A DNA stretch of 63,105 nt, counting the filler, from Collodictyon triciliatum (lineage: Eukaryota): NCBI GenBank assembly GCA_043381765.1. It is 7 parts of 7 records of this genome, joined end to end, with 100 filler letters (N's around TTAATTAATTAA, not from the genome) between each part and the next. Parts side by side here need not be neighbours in the genome. Positions count along the whole stretch, not along the records: positions 33,792 to 44,943 come from JBHJMP010002471.1; positions 45,044 to 56,194 come from JBHJMP010002472.1; 5 more parts are not named here. One strand, given 5' to 3'. Shown one piece after another: positions 38,455 to 52,685 of this stretch. Made by a program: the position numbers and the translations under genes. The notes beneath the pieces were generated by a model. It worked only from the letters and a program-made list of their open reading frames with translations. It made no database searches and was not told where the DNA came from. Each line of letters starts with the position of its first letter. Position 1 is the first letter of the stretch.

Positions 38455-40433
38455 CTATTTTGCAGAGTAAGAAACAGACGCCTCAACTTTGTGAATCTTG
38501 AATGTAGGTAGTAATAATTTAGCCGTTGTTATGTATAAAGCGCGTATTTAGTGGCATCAAGTAGTATATTGTGTAATATAATATGCAAAAAAATATAAAA
38601 AAAAACCACTCCTCGTATCGTGCTATCATGCTAGCAAAATAGAAAAAGATTGAAAGAAAAAGATAAAGGTTTGTTATAAGAGAGCGATTACCTTGGTAGT
38701 GAAGGAACGGAGCTTCACTTCTTCAGAATTTGAGACGTATTTAGGGTCCGATTCCTCCCATGTTTTCGGAGTGGCAATATCACTAGAAAAGTATTTTATA
38801 GCAGATGAATTCTAAAATTATTATCTCGTTATTATTTTAGAAATATCGCTCAACGCCGAAATCATGAATAATTAACGTACGCATCGGTATACACCAACAG
38901 ATCGAAAGTACCTGTGATTTCAATATGATTTGACAAATATAAAAGAAATGAGTTAGTTTGTCTAGTGGTATCTTAATAGTGCTTTAGCGATGAGTGTGCT
39001 ATCGCTATCTACTTTTAGAATTAAAATTGAAAAGCTAACATGGTTCATCAAGAAGTGGGAGGTATGTGACACTAGCTGTAATCTGCCTGATGAGAGCCTG
39101 GATTTCTCCAACAATTTCTTTCTCTGATTTTTCAACCGTAATAGAACTGGTACAGGCCATTCCATAATAATTATTTTTTCACAAGCAAACATTAGTTAAG
39201 ATGCGAGAGTTTTCCATTTCATATAAATGATTTCCAAACTTTGTGTAAATCAAAGAAAGGGTGAAAAAATCGATTCAGCTAGTGATATAGTTTATCAAAA
39301 TGCATCTGCTGACCTATTTCCTTTTGCTCCAGTATCAGTTTGAATATTGAAGACCCATCTTTCTAGCGTTGTTTGGGAGTCTACACCGGCAATGACAAGA
39401 ACCAGCTGTTGGACTTTTCCAGCGTTTAACCATTCTATTCAATTTATTGATTTCCTTACTTTATGTTAACCTTATATTTAAACTAATTGACCCGTCTATC
39501 AGATGTTCAAAAGAAATTTCAATGACTCAAATCAGCAACAACAAAAAGTAAAAGAAGGAATTGACAGATGCTTCAATGGAAAATAACTGGCTTTGTAGAC
39601 AAGGGACAAACATGGGTACATTATATGATAGAATCTCTTTTGGGAAAGAAAACCTGCTAGCTGGTTCAAGACACTAGTCAAGTATTGCTTCAAGGCCTCT
39701 TCCTTTGTTGTCATGATCGATATATTGTACTTTTTCACCATTTCGAATGAATCCGTCGGATAAATCCCACGTTGGTAGAGAATACTAGAGAAGAGCGCCG
39801 GTGGAAGTATGTATGATATCAGAACACAGTGAGGGGCGCGAGAAATAAACATATTGATAGATCATCCCAAAGACATCCGAAACCTGTTGATGCTGTAACC
39901 TATAATGTGGAGGGCTTTCGATTTAAGCAAAGGAGAAATGCAACTCAAGTACTAATAAATAAATATTATTGCCCAGTTGAAGTTTGGCAACATTAACAAC
40001 AATAGCAAAGCTTATATAGGAAACAACAAACGATTTTTTTCCTTTATCTGATTCAAAGAACAAAACAACATACGATAAATATTTGTTGTTGAAGAAAAAA
40101 GTATGTGTCTTTACTTTCAAGAAAGCTGTATTAGGCCATCATTGTAGAAACATGATTTAACCACATATAATAGACAAGAGAATATGGTATTTGTTACACA
40201 GATATTGCATTCATCTTACCAAAGAATTCGACGACAATCTTTGTGGATCCTCGAAGTGTGATTTGGTTCCGTGCTGCTTGTTTTGTTGCCTGCAGATAAA
40301 CACCACGTTATTTACTTTCCAATAAAACCGGGCCAATATTCATAGCGGAATTCACATTTGCATACACATCTGTGACATACTTGGACTATGATTGGTTATT
40401 GAAAAGCTTTATGGCTACAAAGTGGCTTACCAT
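38455..40433 (-). CDS. MAD2: Spindle checkpoint HORMA protein MAD2 (9 coding exons including ATG-only and 16-nt exons)
   Basis: M|ATKQAARNQITLRGSTKIVVEFF|GYSINS|ILYQRGIYP...|EWLNAGKVQQLVLVI...TLERWVFNI|...EIQALIRQITASVTYLPLLDEP|CTFDLLVYTD|...WEESDPKYVSNSEEVKLRSFTTK|IHKVEASVSYSAK*. Confidence 0.97.
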
Positions 40434-40869
40434 CTTCTTTGACTCTTGAACGGTCTGGTATCTTTTCCGAGCTGGCTGAGGGCGATGCTTTGATGTGTGT
40501 TTCTCTCTGTTCGTCACAATACCTAGATCACAAGACATATTACGGCTTGCGTGCAGTTTGATTATTTAAATTTTTAAATCCATTTATACATATGCGGAAA
40601 TTATATTAATAATACTATAAATCAATACCCTAACCATTTAAATATCATTTTAGAATCATAAATTTGATATCATGTAGATAAATATATAAAATTGTGATCT
40701 AAGTTAGCTACGAAAAGGGATGCACTTGAATAGTTTCTGTGCTGCGCTAATTTTTCAGTCCAGGGCTCTAGTTTTCCCACATCTGGAAGATGAACCAAAG
40801 AAGCATCTGACAAACAGGTTAAAAAAAGCAGTCAAAGAATCTCGCTTTGCTGCGCAGAATAGCAGACTC

Positions 40870-41818
40870 ATGGCGAGTGATACCGGAACGAATGATGTAC
40901 AAACACCAAGGGAGGTGAAGTTGCCCAATAACGTCAAAACCTTATCACTGCCCTGATTGTCCTACATGCGACAAGAATCAAGACAGAAAGCAAATACCAT
41001 AATAGCGCAGACGAGGAGAAAGGGACATGATTCTTTCTCTTTCGGTTGAATATATTGAAACGAACATGACAAGAAAAAAAAAATATAATGAATCCGTTCT
41101 CTGCCCACCGATTTCAAAGACATGATTCCCATCGCTACTGTACAGTTTTTTCATGTGATCCTTTGCCTTGGCTTGGTTGGTTGATAGTGTATACCAATTA
41201 TTGACGAGTTTTCGTTCTTGCCCTTTTTTTCTTTCTTTATATATAAACATTTGCGTTATGCATGGCATAGTATTTGTACCTGTGAATTCTAGCTCGCAGT
41301 TTTCCCGGCCTTTGAGTTTCTTTTCCTCTCTGTACCTCTCTACCTTCTATCCGGAGGCTTTTCTTTATTTTATTTCTAGTAACTTTATTCAATTTAGCAG
41401 GCTCGGACTCCCTGTTCTTGAGATTTGAAGACCTCTCCTTTCTTTTGGACAAGCATTGTCGAAGGCTTAAACAAATGCGTGAGTAGAGGACTTTACACGA
41501 TTATTTCCATTTTTCTCGTCGGAATTATGAGAAATAAAAGGAATGCTCTATTGCACATCTGTAATGCCCTAATTTACTTGCACTTATCGTGCATCTTATG
41601 ACATGAAATATCATGATTTTTGTTTCTTTACTCTTTTCTCTTTCTTATTATTCTTTTAATCTTTATTTTAATTATTTTAATTTATTTGCGTCCAGTATGT
41701 GTGTCCATCTTACCTTACCCACGGCGTTTTTTGTTTGTTTGTTTGTTTGTTTGTTTGTTTGTTTGTTTGTTTGTTTGTTTGTTTGTTTGTTTGTTTGTTT
41801 GTTTGTTTGTTTGTTTGT

Positions 41819-41895
<77 letters not shown>

Positions 41896-44771
41896 GAATC
41901 AACGGATCCTTTTCATGCTGTGCTTACACTTTTAGACTATTGTTAAATAACTTGCATTTTTATTCCATCACCTCATCGGTTTTCCATAGACGGGTTTGGT
42001 TCGAATGGTAGCAAGAAGCACACGATTGTGACACTGGATACTCCTCGTCTGGAGCTGGAAATGATGCAGCGAGAACGAAACAGGGTCAAAGGGGCCAGAT
42101 CGCAATCACAAAAACAAATGCTGCAAATGATGATGCTGTGGGTTTCTTCATGCTCCTTCTTATTGTTCTTAATATTTTTAAAAATTACTTACACAAGACT
42201 CATTCATCTTTAGAATATCACATTCATAAGGAAATTCCTATCTTTTTATCATCATTTGCTTAACATTTCTTATCAATTTTTCATTCTCTTTCAAACTATT
42301 TTTTTTTATTATTCCATGAGCTCCACTTATTACATATGTAATAAAAGATATCTTACATAATATAAAAAAAACATTCATTCTTTGTATTAACGCTGATATT
42401 CGCCCACTCAGCTCCGAGTTTGAAGATATGTATGAGAGAAGCAAAATGTCGTATGAAGCAGAGTATGACCAAGGAAGGTTAATCCGAAATACTGGATGCC
42501 TTGCGACTGCTTGTGTGGGAATAGGATTTTCCGTAACAGCGGTATGTGGTGATATATTCTTTTTCTTCCTTTTTATCATGTCGATAAAAAAAAATCGATT
42601 TGTTCAAAGGTAATGTTTCACTATCATGCACAGCCGCATTACATCTCAATTATGTGTATTTGTAGGGGTTCATATCGTGGGATGGACAGAAGCAAGTACA
42701 ATCTGATACAGCAGAAGTTCTCCGGACATTATCCTCATTATTTTCGATTCTATTAGGTAATAAACATTATTTCGTATCCCGATGATTCTTTCAATTCTTC
42801 AATATATGTTTAGCTAATATTCGCTCTCATTCAGCTCTTCAAATTTGTGAGTATCATCGATTCAAAGTATCGTCCGTTTTCAAGCACTATGTTAAGGATG
42901 CCGAAATGCCCTGGACAGCATTCTCAAAAGATGTCAGTTTTTTATATATGTTTTACGAAGAAACGAACAACGGAATGAATGTCTTATGACTTAAAAAACC
43001 CCCACCGCGTCATGAAATTGACCAAATTGAGTTTTGAGGTAAAGTACCATGATATTAATAGAATTATTTACTTAATACTTTCTGAACTTCCTAGCTTCTA
43101 ATTTTACTCGCCGAGCTTCTTGTGTGCCTCTGGCACGTTCCACCGTTTTGTCATTCGTATATCCCAGACAAATGGATGTTTCCTATGTTCCTTCGGTTTT
43201 ACCTTATCTTAAGATATCTGCGAGATATCTCACCCATCACAAGAAATAAAGGCAGAATTATATCACACGGGTAAACCAAATGCTTGTGGCAGCATTCATT
43301 TGCTTGTGTAAATTCCTTTTTTTTTTCTTCCAGTATCCTGTATAATATCTATTTAATTCTTCTTTTGTACAGATTTTATCATCTTGGAGGCACCAGTTTC
43401 AACGCTTGGATATTTCATGCCAGAACATTTATCTACAGACAGCCAGGTGAGTATATTTGTATTTTTCTACTAATAGATTTCTTTTTCCGTTTGAATTTAT
43501 ACCATTTAACCGCAAAAACATGCTGTCAATAGGACGTATAGTGATTGTTACAACCGCCATTATCTACTTTATGATGGCCTATTGTATCTACCTGTTTGAG
43601 CGGTATTAATTAATTCACTATTGTTATTTAATCAGAAAGGCATTTTGTCTTTTATTAATTTCACTAGCTGAAGTATAAACTTTTCATTATCTTTCTCAAA
43701 TTTGTACAGAGAACGCCAGCCTGAGATATTCGACTTTGGGAATTCTTTATGGGTATCCCCTGAAACATGCCTCAAATATATTGATGAAAAACAAAAGAAT
43801 ACCGATCATAATAATCGAAAAAAAAAGTGGGATTAGATACCCCACAAGATAATGCCTGTAGTAATTCATTTATATTGATTCGAGTTTTTTTTTCTTTCAT
43901 ATTTTAGTACACTGCGGTCGCCATGACGACTGGTTGGGCCTCAATAAATTCATATTTTGATATACCTTGCTTGTATTCAAAAGTAAAATTGCATAGTAAA
44001 GTGGTTAAATATACACTATTTAGTGAATGCTTACCTGTTATTCTTCATCTTATAGTGGGCTATGGGGACATTGTTGCCAAGACGGATTTGGGTCGACTGT
44101 TCGCTGTTGTGGGTATTCCCTCTCATCGAGGAAACGTGCTGCTGTATCATCAGCATATTTTGTCTTTTTATGTGATATGCGAGCTAATATGAAGAAACTT
44201 ACATTATAGATGTCCGGTGCGATGGGAATCTTCCTGAGTACATTCTGTGTAACAGTTGCATCATCCGTTCTTACTCTATCAAAACACCAGAAAGTACGTT
44301 CAAAGGGTGTACTTATTCAATAGAATATATCTTCTTTTATATATAACTGTATCATGTTTCTGTAACTATTCCGTCATAGATTCCTGAATTAACGATGGGC
44401 ACTTTATAAAATAACCCGCATTAATTATCGATATTCATTGAATCTGTGTTGGATGAATTTTGAAGATAACCTTCTCCAATTAATATATATTCCAGTTTGC
44501 GAATGACATCGTTAGTTGGCAAGAATTGGAAAAGAAGCGACTTCACTCGGCTGCCACGGTTATTCAAGTATTGAGAATGTTTTACTTTTAATACACGATT
44601 TTTTTAAAATAAATAATCACTTCACTCAATTTTTCTGAATATTGTTTCATGTTCACAGGCGTGGTATAGGCTTCTTAAACTACAGCAAAATGGACTCCCT
44701 GATTTAATGGGTACTTATAAAAACCGAAGAATGCTACTCGAAGCTACCAGTCGTCTTAGAAGATATCGGAA
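40870..44771 (+). CDS. Small-conductance Ca2+/calmodulin-activated K+ channel (SK/KCNN-like), many exons, 3'-truncated
   Basis: VLRTLSSLFSILL|ALQICEYHR; LAELLVCLWHVPP; FPMFLRFYLILR (S4); pore AMTT|VGYGDIVAKTDLGR; S6 MGIFLS; C-terminal HSAATVIQ|AWYR (CaM-binding-like). N-terminal exons less certain. Confidence 0.9.
41727..41896. repeat. Compound (TTTG)n + (TTG)n microsatellite, intronic
   Basis: Direct read of sequence. Confidence 0.97.
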
Positions 44772-44835
44772 GTGTGACAATCCTTTATAACTTATCATAC
44801 ATATCATTTACGTGCTATGTTTCGTTTTCTTTCCC

Positions 44836-44943
<108 letters not shown>

Positions 44944-45043
44944 NNNNNNNNNNNNNNNNNNNNNNNNNNNNNNNNNNNNNNNNNNNNTTAATTAATTAAN
45001 NNNNNNNNNNNNNNNNNNNNNNNNNNNNNNNNNNNNNNNNNNN
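44944..45043. other. Artificial contig linker
   Basis: N44-TTAATTAATTAA-N44. Confidence 0.97.
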
Positions 45044-45191
45044 TTTTTTGTTTTGTTTTTGTTTTGTTTTTGTTTTTTTTGCTTTTTGCTTTTTGCTTTA
45101 CTCGATTCAAGGGAAGGGGGTTTGTTTGCGGAAAAGAAAAGATAAATCAAATATCTGCTTGACTATCTTTGGAATGAAAAATATGTATCAT

Positions 45192-46445
45192 TTACCAATC
45201 TGACCGATTTTCATATTTTTTCTCATGTGCTCTTTCATCATAAAAAGATCCCCCATGAGGTAAATTGTAAAATGATGGCGATAAGCTTGTCGGGTGGTGC
45301 TGTGGCTTAAACTTTCGGTGATTATTTTCAGATGATGGATTATGATAGTACTTTTGAGATGACCATCTTTCTCTCTCTGATAGATGATGAGGACTTGTTG
45401 GTCGACTTCCAGTTGAATTATAATCAATATATGTTGGAGTCAGCTTGCCTCTGACATCTGTGTAGTGTCCCGGAGATACGCTCTGTTCTAAAGAGGCTTG
45501 TTGAGGAGAATCTACCTTGGTATGACTTCCTCCTGCATAGGAAATCGAAAACTGTCCGTTGTGACTGATATCGCTACGGTACGTCGGCTGAGGGCTAATT
45601 GTTGGACTCAGTCCAAACGAGGTTACAGGGCGGATATTTGGGCTAGTAGGTCGATAGCCAGGAGGAAGTGCGTATGGGCTAATGTGTGGGCCAGTTTGTG
45701 ATTTTACAGTGGAATAGTAATGAGGGCTAACAGGTCTGCTAGTTGTCCTTTCTTGGGGAGCGTTGGGCATCGTGTGAGCCGAGTGTGGGTTGGCAACTTC
45801 CCATGAGTTATTAGGGGTGGTATATTGTGCAGGCATATTGTACAGGGAAATATGATATGCAGTATGTGGAGGCTGTTGGGTATTTACATGGGGAGATGGA
45901 AGAGGTTGTGTGACCTACGAAATCGCAAAATTGTTATCAATAGAGCCATATATAATTTGGAATGATTTATTGCTGAAGGCTTGGGTAGGTGGTTTAGGTG
46001 GGCGATGACTGTACCTTTCTTTTTTATACGTAAAAAAAAAAAAATTGGAGGGAAAGAATTGTGCGAATATCTCGATTATTAATATTGGCGCGCACAAGTG
46101 CATATCCATATAAACATCGGTATGCGTTTGGATGCAGAGGTTGATTATGTAAGAGGAACGAGAAATAATCGCATCAACAAAATATAAGTAAACGAGCACA
46201 TAAAGATATTAATGTGAATGTAACGTATATACTATTATCATAAATAGAGGCGGAATGTCAGGTCAGTTATCCATACAAAGGAACATAACAAAGGCTGGTT
46301 GTTAGATTAAAAAAAAAAGTACATAGGCCCACAAAAACGGCGTGCGGCAAACCTGTCGAAAAGAACTAAAAGTCAATCGATCGGCAAAACTTTTGGGCGA
46401 GGACAGAGTCGGCCTTGCTTCGAACGACGTTGGCGGCCTACTCAT
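45192..46445 (-). CDS. Pro/Ser/His-rich disordered protein, probably 3'-truncated
   Basis: Long open exon ~45913-45196 with repeated RPxSP motifs, bounded by an AG acceptor and a GTAAAT donor. Candidate first exon MSRPPTSFEAR... at 46445; the connecting phase is not resolved. Confidence 0.55.
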
Positions 46446-48226
46446 GCTTGATGGGTGTGGAATGAAACCCTGCTCTGTGGCGGACTCGGAAAGCTCGGTT
46501 CCCGCTTTGCTTGCTTGTCCGTTACGAGGCTACTTGACTTCTTTCGCATTTTCCCAGTGTCTTAGAGCAAGTACAATTCATACGTGCAATACACTTTGCA
46601 ACGAGTGTCCAGTTCTTTGGTCTCACGCTCATTAGTTGCGTTCATTTGTGTATACAGTTATAATGATATGCTTGATTTTATATTAGTATTGGTTTTTGTC
46701 GCAAGTGAGTGCTAAAATTATGGTATACAGATATTTTCCGCATTATAATATGTCAACAACCCATATTATAATCAAATATCAATTTATCAATAAGAATAGA
46801 TTTCTGGGTTTACACAAGTTGCCCTACAACCATGTTTCAGTCTTTGCGCTGGGTGCGTTATCCTAGGAAATGAGGTGTTAACCGATCCAGGATGATTGCT
46901 AGTTGAAAACTAAACCCAATGCCCCGCCTGGTGACCCACGTGGTCATCAGGCAATTTATGGAGGCCGTCATGGCTAATAAGAATCAGAGAAAATCGTAAT
47001 CGAGAGTCATCAGAGTGTGACATTAACGCCGCGATGCGTCCACAGCGCCCAATACTCCACGCACCATTCCACGATGCTGATAATCCTAATGTGGAATTCG
47101 TAGTGCTGGCGTCAACACCAAATTTGGTCAAGCGCGGCCCAATCTGGGCGACTCCCCCTTTCCTATAAGGAGAACACAGGGCGGAGCACACACCAGCTCA
47201 ACATTATTCCAAGTCCAGATTTGCCAGGAACCACCAAACATCAACAAATTCATGGCGGTTTTATTCCATTGCGCGTGCGAGTTTGCGAATTCGATAAAGA
47301 AAAAGAATAAAACTTCCTGAACGGTTTGTATTCCTTTGTTAATTTTTTTCCTTCATTGTATGTGGTTGCTTCACCAATTTTTCGGTGCGTTGTCCAAGAT
47401 AGGAAAAAAGAGAATGTCGTTTGTACCTATACCGCTTCTCTTTCATATTGCGCTGCAGACCACCAGACAAACAACCAAACAAACGATCGGCAAACAAACC
47501 AGCGTTATGGCGACAACCACCACAGCCATCTAATTTGTCCTGTGCCGAGGGTGTCCTCAAAGCCAAGAGCAGAATAGCGAAGCATTATAAACGGGGTGCG
47601 TAGCGGGCTGGTCTTCTGTCCAAGACATACGTGTCTCGTTTTCTCGCGCAATACTGCTGGCGCACGATTCAGCACAATGAAACACAACAAACACGGCAAA
47701 CGCTTTCTTGCACCCACATACATTTGTTCGAATATGAAGCAAAAATAGTGCCATACAATAAAACGGCATTATTTTCAAACGCGTTTTGCCGGCCTTTTTA
47801 GCCAATTTAATTCCCTTTTTGCTTCCCAAGCCCCTTATGTTTTTTTTTTTAATTTCTTTCTCTTTCCTCTATTTTCTTTCACATCCTCTTCAAATGTACA
47901 TATCCGCTGACTCAAACGAACACAAGACGAAGCAGATAAAACCAACACCAAAGGTTCAAACGGGATAAAACAAACGACAACAACAGCAAATATAAAGAAA
48001 ACGATGCGCTCATGTGTTGTTTATCTGCTGAGCAGCAGCACCACCGCCCAAACAGCACACAAACCCATCAAAAGAAACGTTTTGCGATCAAGACATCCAT
48101 CCATCAACCTATCCAACCATTTCTCCGCTCTTTTTCTCGCAAACAAGGGCAAAGGAGCAGACAGACAGACAGACAGACAGACAAGTAAGCACATCGACCA
48201 GTCGCCTCAGCCAGCCACTCCCCCTG

Positions 48227-50540
48227 ATGCTTGGTGCGCGAACACACAGCCACAGCCACAGCCACAACCACAGCCACAGTCACAACCACAACCACAGCCA
48301 CAGTCACAACCGCGCCGCCCCGATGACGCCACCCGGCCCACCGTTCCCTGTTTCTTTTCGTCCGCCCACCGAGGGCCACCGCGCAGCCCGGGAAGAACAG
48401 GGATCGTGGGTGTGTGCAGCGTGCTATTCTCCGAATCACCCGCGCAGAGACGTCTGTGCCCGCTGCTACCTGGCGCGCCCTCTTCCACCTGCCCAGGACG
48501 ACCCGGACGATTTCTCTGCGTACGTCGCATTTCTCATCACAAACCCAAAAAAAGAAAAGAAAAGAGGAAAAAAAAAAGACACTTGCAGAGAAATCGCACA
48601 ATTCGCCTCCCACTATCCAAAAAAACAAACAAACAAACAAACAAACAAACAAACAAACAAACAAACAAACAAACAAACAAACAAACAAACAAACAAACAA
48701 ACAAACAAACAAACAAACAAAAACGAACCACTACACCCGAAATCTCCTCTCGACCACGTCATCACCATCCCCACCCCGCCTCATCAACCCTCCCCCATCC
48801 AAACAGCAGCCACCACGCAAACCCATACGCACAAACGACCTTCGCGGAGGCCGATGCCGACTCTCTCGTCTCTGCCTTCCAGCACGGGCTTAACCTAACA
48901 GAGACTTTCTCGCCTGCATTCCACCCCGCGGCACATTCGCACCCACATTCCTATGCTCATCCACACCCACATTCCTATGCTCACTCGCACCCACATCCGC
49001 TCCCTCTCCCACACCCCATCCCTCTCCCTATTCCTAATCCAACCCCAAACCCCAATCCCAATCCACACACACATTTCCACCCAAACATCCCTGCAAACAC
49101 CGGCCTCAACTCCATCCCAAACGGGTATCCAAACGCGGCAAAGGCCGGCCCAAAGCCCGGCGTGGACGGAAACTGGACGTGTGTCGATCCTACGTGCCGG
49201 AACGTCAATTATCCGCGCAGAAAGTACTGCAACCGATGCGGCCGGCCTCGCACCGCCGACCAGGACGAAGTGGTTTGTCTCTTTCGTTTCGTTCATGCCA
49301 TAAGTGACTCTACCACGACCTGCGCCCGGCGTTGATGTGTTTTCATTTGTATCTCCATCAGATGACTAATTTTTTTTTGGTTTGTTAATGTTTAATTTTT
49401 CTTTTTGTCTTGTTATTGAGAGTGTGATATAATCGTATCTATCTCGACACTAGGCTGAGGCATACTTTCGCCGTGTCGCCGCACTTCGACAGGTAAATAT
49501 AGACTCATACCCGAATATCCCGTTTGCTTGTGGTGTGGGCTTTATGGTATCATCCAAATAACGACAAGAACCCTGATTGTGATAATGATCAGAAACTAAA
49601 TCATGTATTTTTTTCAACATATCATTGGAGAGATTCTGTGGCATTTTCCTCTCTAACTCCATGATTTGCTTGCGCTTCGGTAAATATGTAGCAGCAGCAA
49701 ATGGTACAACAGCAGCAGATGCAGCAGACACAAAGCATATGGAACAAGAAGCAAAACACTTCTCCAAGCTCAGGACCCTCCTTGTTTCAATCCATTTGGT
49801 CAGAACCTGTTGCTACCCATCCCCAAGAAAATGCATCGTCAGCTGCTTCTCCTTTCCTTACCACGAGTCCCTCCCCTTTTGCCTCTTTCTACACTCATGA
49901 AAGGGATGAAGTTTGGTTCGTAATTTTACACTCTCATGCATATACGAGCGAAAAATTGATTAGCCATATCCCTTTCCGTGGAACGACTGAATGACTAATG
50001 TTTATTGACAGCATACGCAATCATTTATTTTATGATTATTGAAGCTCTTACAACTTTGAACCACACCAGGAACCCACCCATCTCTTCAGACCGTCTATCC
50101 ATAGGCACTCTCTCCCAGCCAATTGGACCTTGTAAGAATAACTACTCGTTCGATTGCTCGATTGCTCCATTCATTGACTCATTAAACTACATATGTCTCA
50201 CCTTCACCCCTGGTGGACTTATGCTTGCTCCGCTCATAGTGAATCCTCGATTGAATAATGGAAATACACAGCCGGATGGACCAAAACCTGGAGTAGATGG
50301 GAACTGGTTATGTCCCGAATGCAGTAACGTGAACTTTCCAAGGTGGGTGTGGTGTCTGAGGCAAGCAACAAAAAAGAATCCTGATTGATTTAATCTTCAT
50401 AATATGCACGCACGAATACATTATTATTTATCTTGTTTTGCTCATTCGATTGCTCATATGCTTCTACAACCTATCAACCAACGCATATCTATCGTAGGCG
50501 CGTTGTGTGCAATCGATGCAGCAGACCAAGATACTTGTAA
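48227..50540 (+). CDS. Protein with three RanBP2-type zinc fingers (likely RNA-binding), ~7 exons
   Basis: GSWVCAACYSPNHPRRDVCARC; GPKPGVDGNWTCVDPTCRNVNYPRRKYCNRC; GPKPGVDGNWLCPECSNVNFPR|RVVCNRCSRPRYL*; GT-AG phases consistent. Start at 48227 or ~48322. Confidence 0.88.
48625..48722. repeat. (AAAC)n, intronic
   Basis: Direct read of sequence. Confidence 0.97.
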
Positions 50541-51270
50541 ATACGACAACGCATGGCGAAGAAGCCTTTTTTTTCCCTTTCATTTCTCTTTGCGCAAGAT
50601 ATTTAAATTGACATCGTTCAGTCCAAGGGTTCGAATGCCTATTAAGCGGGGGCAGATAGCAGGCGCCCATGATGCTTTTCATCTTTTACACTTAACCACT
50701 CCCCTTTTTTCCTGGCCAATCAAAAAAAAAAAAAAAAAAAAGTCTCACAAGCATGATGCTCGTTTTGGTCTGTTTTTTTCTTTCTCTCTCCCCTTTCTCT
50801 TCCTAGACGAAGAGCCGTCACACTCAGTCGTGTGAAGAAAGCCAAATTGCTGGTGGCAAACTCCCTGCACCTTAACTCAGCATTTCCAATCCATATATTT
50901 CTTTTATTTTATTCATGTCTCAGTCACTCGAATGTGATGAGTGTTATCAGTTCTATTCTGCTACGACTTCTTCCCTCACTCTTCTTTTCTCCACCTCTGC
51001 ATAAATATACACCGAAACCCCGGGACACAATCCCGTATTTCTACTCTACTAGCCTTTCCATCAGCCAACAACGAAATGAATAAACACAGCCCCAGAAGAC
51101 AAAGGAGGAATTATTCGCGGTGGGTAAATGTATGTGAATATTAGTTGTTTATTGGCCGTATTGTTCACAGGGCACCTGCCGAATGGGATTGCAAAAGAGT
51201 GTGGGCGTGGGCGTGGAGAGGGAATTACCACTTGTTTAGGCGTCTGCACCTGTTCATAGAACCCAACATA

Positions 51271-52590
51271 TTAATCACTAAACGCAACAATAAACCATCC
51301 TTCTTCAAGGCGGATTTGGACCACAACCAATAGTGAAAAATTGCAAGCTGCAGGGTCTTTGGTAGGATTGCTAATCTTACTTTCCACAGCGTACATGCGC
51401 ATCAATTCTTCCTTTCTCTTTCGGAGCAGAATGTTCTCGATGTCTTGGGGCGACGGGAGAGGGACGTGTGAGACGAATCGGTCTGGGGCAATCTCATCCG
51501 CAACATACTTTATCCCAGAAACGCGCTCCTTTTCGCGTTGTTCAGCATCCCACTTCTCATTAGCAGCTTTAATAGCTATCATCTTGTCAAGTTAAAAGGA
51601 AGAAAAGAGAAAGCAACATACTTCTAGCTATAGGGAAACTTTCACGCTACATATATTACCCCATCCTATGTATTGATTTAAACGATCTTGTCCCGTAACT
51701 GAGTCGACGCAACCTTGATGAAAAGAAGAATTGTATGTACCTTCGGCCTCTGCTGCGGCTTCCAACGGTGCAAGAACACCGTCATCGTCGTCTCGATATC
51801 CGTAGTAGTCTGCGTCAACGTGTTTGTAAAGCTCAAATCTTGTGCGCTTGATCTTTGGATTATCTGATTTTTTTTTCAATTAGTGAAATAAGTTATGCTC
51901 CGGGATCTACAATTATTATCAGCATCTGACTTTTGGTTTCAGATCGAAAACAAATACAAAGATATTGTTTTTTGATATTAATTATTTGTCTGCGCAAAGC
52001 TCTGGACAAATACTTGCCTTCGACTTGGAAAAGTTCTTTCACACCAGGAAGATCCTTTGCAGCACCAAAATACCTATTAAACAATTAGTCAAAAACTAAC
52101 CATCACAAGAAAGAAAAAAAATCGACCCTGGAATTATCATAATTGATACAGTATTACAACACAAAATACGGAATTCAATATAAATCAATAATTAAAGAAA
52201 TCACCGATATCCGAAACTCTTTCCGGGCACCAAAGAGCCTTCATCCTCTGAAATCTTTGGAGCAGAGAGCTAAATTGACAGACAGAGGTAGAAATCCAGT
52301 CAACAGTAACCATGAATACGATATCATGCAGCTCGCTGGACGATGAATCAGGGTATCTAAGGAAAGAAAGTGGAAAAGAATATGAGACATAGCAAACCAT
52401 GTAATTTGCACCGCCGAGTTCCACAATGCGTCTCTCCCAATGGCCTTTTTCCCTAAGGAGTTTGTTGATTTCATCGTTGAGGTCGCGGATTTTATGCTCT
52501 CCAAGGCCCTCTAGTCGTGATTTCATTCAATTTGGGTGTGTGAGCAATTAAATTAGCAAAACTACCAACTGGAGATATTTAAGCGAGGGA

Positions 52591-52685
<95 letters not shown>

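Noticed and set aside
48004-49335. 443-aa ORF as a single protein
   Set aside because: It reads through an (AAAC)n-containing intron (~48520-48807); the first zinc finger is in another frame.
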